From contig JAZRHF010000052.1 in the NCBI GenBank assembly GCA_045644565.1, positions 5,402 through 69,401 on the forward strand: DNA of 64,000 nucleotides, written 5' to 3'. Below the pieces are notes generated by a model that was not told the DNA's origin, did not search any database, and saw only the letters and a list, made by a program, of their open reading frames with translations. The stretch's first letter is position 1. The number at the start of each line of letters is the position of its first letter. Both the position numbers and the translations under genes were made by a program. Source of the stretch: Clostridia bacterium. GTDB lineage: Bacteria; Bacillota; Clostridia; CAKSNL01; HGM11501. Of the stretch, positions 57,078 to 64,000 are shown in pieces.

Positions 57078-58175
57078 TTAACCTATAAGCTCCTTTGCGG
57101 CATTATATATCTTATCTGTTGCATCGTAAAGAGCCGCTGTTTTCGCATTTTTTCCCATTTCAGAAAGTCTTGCCTTATCGTTTACAAGAGTAAGAATTTC
57201 CGCATTGAGTTTTGTGCCGTTAAGTTCGTCATCATGTATGAGAATCGCCGCACCTCTGTCGGAAAGATATCTCGCATTATATTCCTGATGGTTGTGTGCC
57301 ACATTGGGACTTGGCACAACAATAGAAGGCTTACCTGACGCAGCAAGTTCGCTTACCGTAACTGCACCGGTTCTGCAAATAATAACATCAGCCGCCGCAA
57401 ATGCCACATCCGTGTTATATATATAAGGCTGAATGTTTACATTTGCAGGAATTTCATCCACATGCTTTTTGATTTCAGACATTACCTCTTCATAATTGCG
57501 TTCCCCGGTTGAAGCGATGATATTGTAATCCTCAGCCAGATTTTTCGAGACAATTTCCACCAATGCATCGTTTATGCTTTTCGCACCAAGGCTTCCTCCC
57601 ATAAACAAAACCGTCGGAGATTCATTAAGATTGAACTTTATTCTTGCTTCAAAACGTGTGGTTTTAAGAAGATCTGCTCTTACGGGGTTTCCTGAAAGCA
57701 GTATTTTCTTATATTTTTTCAAGTAGTTCTTTGTTGTATCGAAGCTTGTCGCAACCACATCAACTTTATCCGCAAGCATTTTAACGGTGATTCCGGGAAT
57801 TACATTCTGTTCATGAATAATTGTGGGAATCTTCATTTTGCATGCCGCATAAAGCAAAGGTCCGCAAACATATCCGCCTGTACCGATTACCACATCGGGC
57901 TTAAATTCCTTCAATATTTTTTTACCTTCGCCTACTCCCTTTACTGCCTTTGCAAGAACGTAAAGGTTCATTGGAGAAAGCTTTCTCTTAAAGCCGTAGA
58001 CATCAATATATTTTATATCAATATTCTGTGCGGGAACAAGTTTTTTCTCAAGTCCTCGCTCGGTTCCCACATACAAAATTTCAGAGTCGGGTTCTACCTC
58101 TTTAATATATTTGGCTATTGCAATAGCCGGATTTATATGTCCGCCTGTTCCTCCGCCTGATACTATAACTCTCAT
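57078..58175 (-). CDS. murG: undecaprenyldiphospho-muramoylpentapeptide beta-N-acetylglucosaminyltransferase
   Basis: GGTGGHINPA N-terminal motif. Confidence 0.95.
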   Translation of the reverse strand: MRVIVSGGGTGGHINPAIAIAKYIKEVEPDSEILYVGTERGLEKKLVPAQNIDIKYIDVYGFKRKLSPMNLYVLAKAVKGVGEGKKILKEFKPDVVIGTGGYVCGPLLYAACKMKIPTIIHEQNVIPGITVKMLADKVDVVATSFDTTKNYLKKYKKILLSGNPVRADLLKTTRFEARIKFNLNESPTVLFMGGSLGAKSINDALVEIVSKNLAEDYNIIASTGERNYEEVMSEIKKHVDEIPANVNIQPYIYNTDVAFAAADVIICRTGAVTVSELAASGKPSIVVPSPNVAHNHQEYNARYLSDRGAAILIHDDELNGTKLNAEILTLVNDKARLSEMGKNAKTAALYDATDKIYNAAKELIG

Positions 58176-58177
58176 CT

Positions 58178-59374
58178 TTATTCTCCTAACTCTGTTTTTA
58201 CTTCATGAATCATTCCTGCACCTTTTTTCTGATATCTTGATATGTTAAGAACAATTCCTGTTGCCGCCAGCATAAATAAAAGCGATGTTCCGCCCGAGCT
58301 GAAAAACGGCAACTGCATTCCCGTTGAGGGAATAAGATTTGTTACTACCGCAATGTTAATAATCACCTGAAGACCAATCATGACAGAAACTCCGAATGCC
58401 GCAAGACAACCGAACATTTCTCTTGCATTTATTGATATTTTAATACCTCGCCATACAAAGGCTCCGAACAATAATATAACAACTATACCGCCGATAATTC
58501 CCATTTCTTCGCAAACTATTGCAAAAATATAGTCGTTTGAAGCTTCCGGAAGCCAATTATATTTTTGCCTGGACTGACCGAATCCGACTCCGAAAAATCC
58601 ACCTGAGCATATAGCATAAAGGGACTGAAGAATCTGCCATCCCTTTCCCAGCGGATCCGCTTCAGGATTTCTGTATCCCAAAATACGCTGTAACCTGTAA
58701 GGCTCCAGCACCGCAAGAGCCACTGCGGCACAAGAAGCAAGACCGCCGATTCCGAATATATGACTTTTAGGTATTCCGTAGGCTATCAGCATTACAAAGC
58801 CAATACCGCAGATAATAACGGCTCCCGAAAGATGTCTCTGTAAAATCGCACCTAAGGCAGGAAGCAATATAACAATTTCCGCTCTGAAATTATAAATTAA
58901 CTTTGCATACCATGCCATATTATTTACATTACGCTTTTTTTCGGAAGAAAGCATATCGGCAAGATATAAAATAAGTGCAATTTTCATAATTTCGGAAGGC
59001 TGAACGGATATAGGGCCTATGTAAATCCATCGTGTTGCACCAAGGCTTTCCCTACCTATTACCGGTGTAAGATACATAAGTCCAAGACTTACAAGATAAA
59101 ACGGCTTAACAAGACTTCTGAACTTCATATAGTCAGGAGCATTTGCCACAAGAAGCATAAATCCAAAGCTTATTACAGCAACGATGCAGTTTTTGATAAT
59201 GCCTGAATAAGGGCTGCTTGTTCCAAGTGAATCGGGAGTGCTGGCACTTATAAGCATAAGAAGCCCCATGCATACCAAAGAACAAAGCAAGATAAGATAA
59301 ACTCCGTCAAGTTCTCCCTTTCGTCTTGCTTTTTTATTTATTTTTTCTCCGGTAATCTCCCGAGCCTTATTCAT
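58178..59374 (-). CDS. ftsW: SEDS-family peptidoglycan polymerase FtsW/SpoVE
   Basis: Ten-TM SEDS pattern with LPEASNDYIFA and QLPFFSSGGTS. Confidence 0.9.
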   Translation of the reverse strand: MNKAREITGEKINKKARRKGELDGVYLILLCSLVCMGLLMLISASTPDSLGTSSPYSGIIKNCIVAVISFGFMLLVANAPDYMKFRSLVKPFYLVSLGLMYLTPVIGRESLGATRWIYIGPISVQPSEIMKIALILYLADMLSSEKKRNVNNMAWYAKLIYNFRAEIVILLPALGAILQRHLSGAVIICGIGFVMLIAYGIPKSHIFGIGGLASCAAVALAVLEPYRLQRILGYRNPEADPLGKGWQILQSLYAICSGGFFGVGFGQSRQKYNWLPEASNDYIFAIVCEEMGIIGGIVVILLFGAFVWRGIKISINAREMFGCLAAFGVSVMIGLQVIINIAVVTNLIPSTGMQLPFFSSGGTSLLFMLAATGIVLNISRYQKKGAGMIHEVKTELGE

Positions 59375-59392
59375 TTTATTTCTACCTCCGAA

Positions 59393-60367
59393 CTACATAA
59401 ATATTTTGACATAAATACCGCTTAATACGCCCATTATTATTGTAACGGCTGATGCCACAAGTACAATCTTGACCTCAGACCAACCTTTCTTCTCGAAATG
59501 ATGATGGATAGGCGTCATTAAGAAAATTCTTTTTCCATGTGTCAACTTAAAGTATGAAACCTGCATTATAACAGAAAGTGTCTCTATAAAAAATACTATT
59601 CCTGCGGTTATTACGGTAAACTGAAGTCCTAAGGCACAAGCTACCGCACCTATTAATCCGCCAAGGAAAAGAGAGCCCGTATCGCCCATAAAAACCTTTG
59701 CCGGATGGCGATTGTAAAAAAGGAAACCGAGCACGCCACCCATAACTGCCATAAGGATTATTCCTATAGAATCTGCTCCGCTGTAAAATGCCGCAAAGGC
59801 AAAATACGCCATACAGAAAAACGTTGTACTTCCGGCAAGCGCATCTACGCCATCTGTAAGATTAACCGCATTATTTGTAGCGAGAAGCACCAGCATGTTA
59901 AAGGGAATTATAAAATAAGACCAGTCATACACCTTGTCGAGAAACAATATTTCTCCGCCGTTATTATAGTAGATAACCAGGGAGAATGCCGCACTCACAA
60001 GAATCTGTGCCATAAATTTCTGTTTTGCGGTAAGCCCTAAATTTCTTTTCTTTATAACCTTGATATAGTCATCTGAAAATCCTATTATTCCAAAAAGAAC
60101 CGCACAAAGCAGTATTGCCACAGCTTTAACATCAAATGCTTTTGATAAAAGCAAAATGAGCAAAGATGCCGGAACAAGTCCTGCAAAGAATATAAATCCG
60201 CCCATTGTGGGAGTTCCGCTTTTCTTTTTGTGCCAGGAAGGACCTTCCTCTCTTATTTCCTGTCCGAAGCTGGCTTCCTTAAGTTTTTTTATTATTACAT
60301 TTCCGCAAAGCAGCGAAATAAGCACTGCAACAGCAAGTGCAAATATACCCCAAATCCATCCTGTCAT
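59393..60367 (-). CDS. mraY: phospho-N-acetylmuramoyl-pentapeptide transferase
   Basis: KKSGTPTMGG, NAVNLTDGVDALA and FMGDTGSL motifs. Confidence 0.96.
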   Translation of the reverse strand: MTGWIWGIFALAVAVLISLLCGNVIIKKLKEASFGQEIREEGPSWHKKKSGTPTMGGFIFFAGLVPASLLILLLSKAFDVKAVAILLCAVLFGIIGFSDDYIKVIKKRNLGLTAKQKFMAQILVSAAFSLVIYYNNGGEILFLDKVYDWSYFIIPFNMLVLLATNNAVNLTDGVDALAGSTTFFCMAYFAFAAFYSGADSIGIILMAVMGGVLGFLFYNRHPAKVFMGDTGSLFLGGLIGAVACALGLQFTVITAGIVFFIETLSVIMQVSYFKLTHGKRIFLMTPIHHHFEKKGWSEVKIVLVASAVTIIMGVLSGIYVKIFM

Positions 60368-60379
60368 AATAAATTCACC

Positions 60380-61816
60380 TTAAATCTCAAGTATTTTCTT
60401 TACTATTTCTCTTTCGTCATAATGAATTTTTTCGCCCATTATATCCTGATAAGTTTCATGGCCCTTACCTGCCAGAAGCACCACATCTCCCTCTTCCGCC
60501 ATGGAAAGAGCATATTTTATAGCTTCTGTTCTGTCAGTTATTGCCACATATTTTTCCTCATTTTCATCTATTCCGGCAAGAATATCATTTATTATATCCT
60601 CCGGTTTTTCTGTTCTCGGATTGTCACTTGTAATAACAGAAAAATCCGCAAGGCGCATTGCTACCTTTCCCATTTTGGGACGCTTGTCTCTGTCTCTGTC
60701 TCCTCCGCAACCGAAAACAATTATTATTCTGTTTTTAACAAAACCCTTTACTGCATTAAGAATATTTTCTATCCCGTCAGGAGTATGAGCATAGTCAATC
60801 ATAACCGTATATTTTTCTCCGGTAGGAACAACCTCTGCCCTTCCTTTAACTCCTCTTACCAGTAAAAGACCCTTGAAAAGTTCTTCATCACCAAGGCCCA
60901 ATGCCGCACAGGCTCCTACCCCTGCAAGTGCATTGTATACAGAAAACTTACCGGGTATAGCCATTTTCATAGGCACACAGGAGTTTCTGTAATTCCACTT
61001 AAAGCTTACACCTTTTTCGGAATATTCTATATCCGTCGCCTGCATATCCGCATTCTTTTCGATACCGTAGGTAAACACTTTAGAAGAGTTTTTCTTCATA
61101 AACTTTCCCCACGTATCATCACTGTTTATTACGGAAATACGGCTGATTTCAAAAAGTTTTGACTTCGCAGCGGCATAATTTTCCATGTCGATATGATAAT
61201 TGAGGTGATCTTGTGTGAGATTTGTAAATACTCCCACTTCAAACTTAAGTCCGAGGCATCTGTCAAGTGCCAGAGCATGGCTCGATGTTTCCATTATCAC
61301 ATACTGACAGCCTTCATCAAGCATTTTCCTGAATATTCCGTGAAGCTCCATTGCTTCAGGGGTTGTTCCTGTTGAGGGCAATTCTTTATTTCCTATAAGA
61401 TAATGGTTCGTTCCTATAAGCCCTGTCTTTACACCTTTGAAATCAAGTATTGTTTTTATTATGTGTGTAACGGTTGTTTTTCCGTTTGTCCCCGTAACAC
61501 CTATAAGTTTCATTTTATCAGCCGGGTTTCCATAATAGTTAGCTGATGCATATGCAAGTAACTTTCTGGAGTTTTCGCAAACTATCAGAGTTTTCCCAAA
61601 GCTGTCACATTCTCTTTCCGCCACTATTGCCGAAGCTCCCATAGCCACTGCCTTTTCTATATAATTATGTCCGTCTGCACCAAGACCGGTAAGCGCAAAA
61701 AATACATCTCCGTTTTGAATCTTTCTTGAGTCTATTTCAATTTTTCCGATTTCCGTATCAACGCTTCCTCTTATCACCTTATACGGATTATCCCTTAATA
61801 TTTCGCGCAAAGTCAT
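60380..61816 (-). CDS. murE: UDP-N-acetylmuramoyl-L-alanyl-D-glutamate--2,6-diaminopimelate ligase
   Basis: GVTGTNGKTT P-loop and the DNPR motif (meso-DAP type). The ATG at 61816 has the better RBS spacing (the ORF track extends to 61861). Confidence 0.93.
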   Translation of the reverse strand: MTLREILRDNPYKVIRGSVDTEIGKIEIDSRKIQNGDVFFALTGLGADGHNYIEKAVAMGASAIVAERECDSFGKTLIVCENSRKLLAYASANYYGNPADKMKLIGVTGTNGKTTVTHIIKTILDFKGVKTGLIGTNHYLIGNKELPSTGTTPEAMELHGIFRKMLDEGCQYVIMETSSHALALDRCLGLKFEVGVFTNLTQDHLNYHIDMENYAAAKSKLFEISRISVINSDDTWGKFMKKNSSKVFTYGIEKNADMQATDIEYSEKGVSFKWNYRNSCVPMKMAIPGKFSVYNALAGVGACAALGLGDEELFKGLLLVRGVKGRAEVVPTGEKYTVMIDYAHTPDGIENILNAVKGFVKNRIIIVFGCGGDRDRDKRPKMGKVAMRLADFSVITSDNPRTEKPEDIINDILAGIDENEEKYVAITDRTEAIKYALSMAEEGDVVLLAGKGHETYQDIMGEKIHYDEREIVKKILEI

Positions 61817-61850
61817 AATTGTCATCCCTTTCTGAAGTCTTATACCGTTA

Positions 61851-64000
61851 TCAGTCAACATCCTGTAAAACGAACTTTACATAAACAACCGTTCCGATTT
61901 CAACAATTTCTCCTGCCTGAGGACTCTGTTCCATCGCAATAGCTCCGCCACGTCCGATTCCTGCACCCATATCAGAAACCTTGAAATTAAGTTTGGCACT
62001 CTTTATGGTGCTTTCAGCATTTGCTCCGCTCATTCCGGAAACAGAAGGCACGGTTACAAGCTGTGTTTCCGAAAAGCCTTCGGAATAAGCTATAATTGTA
62101 GAACCTGCCCCAAGCATAACACCGCCCTTAGGCTGCTGATCGGATATTTTTGTTCCGTCTCCGATTATGTTTATGTTAAATCCGTTCTGCCAAGCCCTTT
62201 CTTCTGCTTCACTGCGACTCATTCCCTTTACATCAGGCACATAATTTCCCGATGCAAGAATTTCCGCCTCATCATATTTTGCCTCAATTCCGAGATATCT
62301 TAAAATATCGTCGATTATCAACCCTGCCGTAGGTGCTGCAATCTGCCCGCCACCTGCATTTATATTTCCCTCTCCCACTCCGGGGGTAGGTTCATCAAGC
62401 ATTACCAAAACAATAACCTCGGGATCATTTGCGGGAGTAAATCCGCAAAAGGATGCGATTTTTCTTCCGTCACGGGGCTGTTTTTCACTTGTTCCCGTTT
62501 TTCCGCCCACTCTCTGTCCTGAAATTTTTGCTCCGCTTCCGGTTCCGTTTGCAACTACTCCTTCAAGATAGTCTTTCAAGATTTCGCTGGTTTCTTTGGA
62601 TATAACTCTTCTCACAACCGTCTTTTCAAACTGTTTTGTTACATTTCCTTCAGCATCACGGTATTCTTTAACTATCATGGGTTTAAGCAGTTCTCCGCCG
62701 TTTACTACTGCGGATACTGCGGTAATCATCTGAAGAGGTGTTACGTTTATATTCTGTCCGAAAGACGCCGTAGCCAAGTCAACCTCGTTGTATTTTTCTC
62801 TTGTTATAGGCTCAGATTCGCCCGAAAGATTAACTCCCGTCTTTTCTTCAAATCCAAAAGCTTTAACATACTTTCTGAATGTTTCGCCTCCCAAATTCAA
62901 TCCGAGAGTCATAAACACACAGTTACAGGAGTTAGCAAGACCATCCTTCAAATCCTGAATGCCATGAGGATTATAGTATCTCCAGCAATTTATGTTCCAG
63001 CCGCCTACATACATGGAGCCCGGGCAGTTAAATCTGCTGTGCTCATTAACAACGCCTTCTTCAAGGGCTGCTGCCGCAGTTATTATCTTAAAAACAGATC
63101 CGGGTTCATATGTATCGGAAATAGCTTTATTTCTCCACTGTGCATACTGTGCTTTGCTCTTGCCGTTATTTTTTTCTTCTTCGGGAAGGGATTCTATTTC
63201 AGCTTTCATCCCTTCGTCGTAAATTTCAAAAGGTTCATTGGGATCATATCCCGGAGTAACTGCCATTGCAAGAATTTCACCGGTATCAGGCTTCATAACA
63301 ATGATACAGCCTTCTTCTTTTACGCCATATTTTTCGATTGCCTCTTCAAGCCTTTTTTCTGCCATCTGCTGTATCTTTTCATCAATGGTCAAAACCAGGC
63401 TCTGTCCGTTTTCAGAATCGGCATACTTTTCATAAGCATAAGGAAGCTCCTGTCCTCCGTTTGCCACCGCAACGCTTTTCCTTCCGCTTTTTCCCGCAAG
63501 AACACTGTTATATACGCTTTCTATTCCGTCAAGTCCCTGATTATCATAACCCGTAAATCCCAGCAGATTTCCTCCGAGAGAGCCGTAAACATAGCTTCTT
63601 CTGGTATCCTCTTCAAGCATTATCCCTCTTGTATCGGGAAGCTCCTTTATGGCCTTACTCTGTTCCTGAGTTATTCTCTTTTTGAGAATTTCATAACTGT
63701 TTTCCTTTTGTGTTGCCTTGTAAACATCCTCATAACTCATTTCCAAAATTTCCGACAAGGAAGATGCAACTTTTTCAGAAAGTCCGTTTTTTCTGATAAG
63801 AGCAGGGTCTATAACCACAGTATCTGCAGAAACGCTTACTACAAGCTGTTTTCCGTTTCGGTCATATATGGTTCCCCTCTTAGCCTTAACCTCTATATCT
63901 TTGGTCTGCTGCTCTGCTGCAGCCTCTTTATATCTTTCCCCCAAAGTGGCATGCTGATAAAAAATCCACACAATAAGAACAATCAAAAATGCCATAAAAA
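61851..64000 (-). CDS. class B penicillin-binding protein (PBP2B/SpoVD-like) with two C-terminal PASTA domains; N-terminus runs off the window
   Basis: SVFK (SxxK), SCN (SxN) and KTGT motifs. PASTA repeats VPDVKGMSRSEAE and VPSVSGMSGANAE. The first visible residues are already the TM helix. Confidence 0.9.
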   Translation of the reverse strand, partial: FMAFLIVLIVWIFYQHATLGERYKEAAAEQQTKDIEVKAKRGTIYDRNGKQLVVSVSADTVVIDPALIRKNGLSEKVASSLSEILEMSYEDVYKATQKENSYEILKKRITQEQSKAIKELPDTRGIMLEEDTRRSYVYGSLGGNLLGFTGYDNQGLDGIESVYNSVLAGKSGRKSVAVANGGQELPYAYEKYADSENGQSLVLTIDEKIQQMAEKRLEEAIEKYGVKEEGCIIVMKPDTGEILAMAVTPGYDPNEPFEIYDEGMKAEIESLPEEEKNNGKSKAQYAQWRNKAISDTYEPGSVFKIITAAAALEEGVVNEHSRFNCPGSMYVGGWNINCWRYYNPHGIQDLKDGLANSCNCVFMTLGLNLGGETFRKYVKAFGFEEKTGVNLSGESEPITREKYNEVDLATASFGQNINVTPLQMITAVSAVVNGGELLKPMIVKEYRDAEGNVTKQFEKTVVRRVISKETSEILKDYLEGVVANGTGSGAKISGQRVGGKTGTSEKQPRDGRKIASFCGFTPANDPEVIVLVMLDEPTPGVGEGNINAGGGQIAAPTAGLIIDDILRYLGIEAKYDEAEILASGNYVPDVKGMSRSEAEERAWQNGFNINIIGDGTKISDQQPKGGVMLGAGSTIIAYSEGFSETQLVTVPSVSGMSGANAESTIKSAKLNFKVSDMGAGIGRGGAIAMEQSPQAGEIVEIGTVVYVKFVLQDVD

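Noticed and set aside
1-64000. CRISPR arrays, rRNA genes, intact tRNA genes, IS elements with transposases.
   Set aside because: No regularly spaced repeats, no rRNA-like conserved blocks, no complete cloverleaf and no transposase-like ORF were found on either strand.

Overview
This is a chromosomal segment of a low-GC, spore-forming Firmicute. The gene content is Clostridia-type: spoIID, a SpoVD-like PBP, the sepF/ylm cluster, and surface proteins with copper-amine-oxidase-N-like domains. About 58 protein-coding genes are supportable. No intact tRNA, rRNA or CRISPR array is visible anywhere in the window.

Left end: a short AraC-type remnant is followed by a compact four-gene integrative element. 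Its genes are a P-loop SF3-helicase-like Rep candidate, an acidic-tailed hypothetical protein, a Xis-type HTH protein and a tyrosine integrase. The element abuts a 46-nt 3' fragment of an initiator tRNA-Met gene.

The most unusual unexplained structure is a ~95-bp intergenic module repeated three times inside the element. Each copy has 14-nt CACCTG-containing inverted arms held 39-40 bp apart and sits in front of one transcription unit.

To the right of the element, in order:
- a duplicated att/terminator block
- a sugar-isomerase/dehydrogenase gene pair
- a truncated glycyl-radical activase
- a secreted glycan cluster (four-domain F5/8-type-C lectin, CBM6-glycosidase-like protein, GH2)
- a long minus-strand housekeeping block (rluD, lspA, divIVA, ylmH, yggT, sepF, yggS, an HlyD-like gene, miaA, mutL, mutS, miaB)
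- DUF1846 and argCJBD
- a Sir2::aldose-1-epimerase fusion gene
- a wecA/tagO-like gene, trpS, spoIID, and iscS-thiI-cinA
- glycosidase/esterase islets, two of them (GH20, GH2) paired with AraC regulators, plus a lone SGNH hydrolase
- an out-of-cluster rsmH-like gene
- recA with SOS boxes
- the distal dcw cluster (PBP-murE-mraY-ftsW-murG-murA-ftsQ-ftsZ)

All functional calls come from motif recognition by eye. No database search was run.
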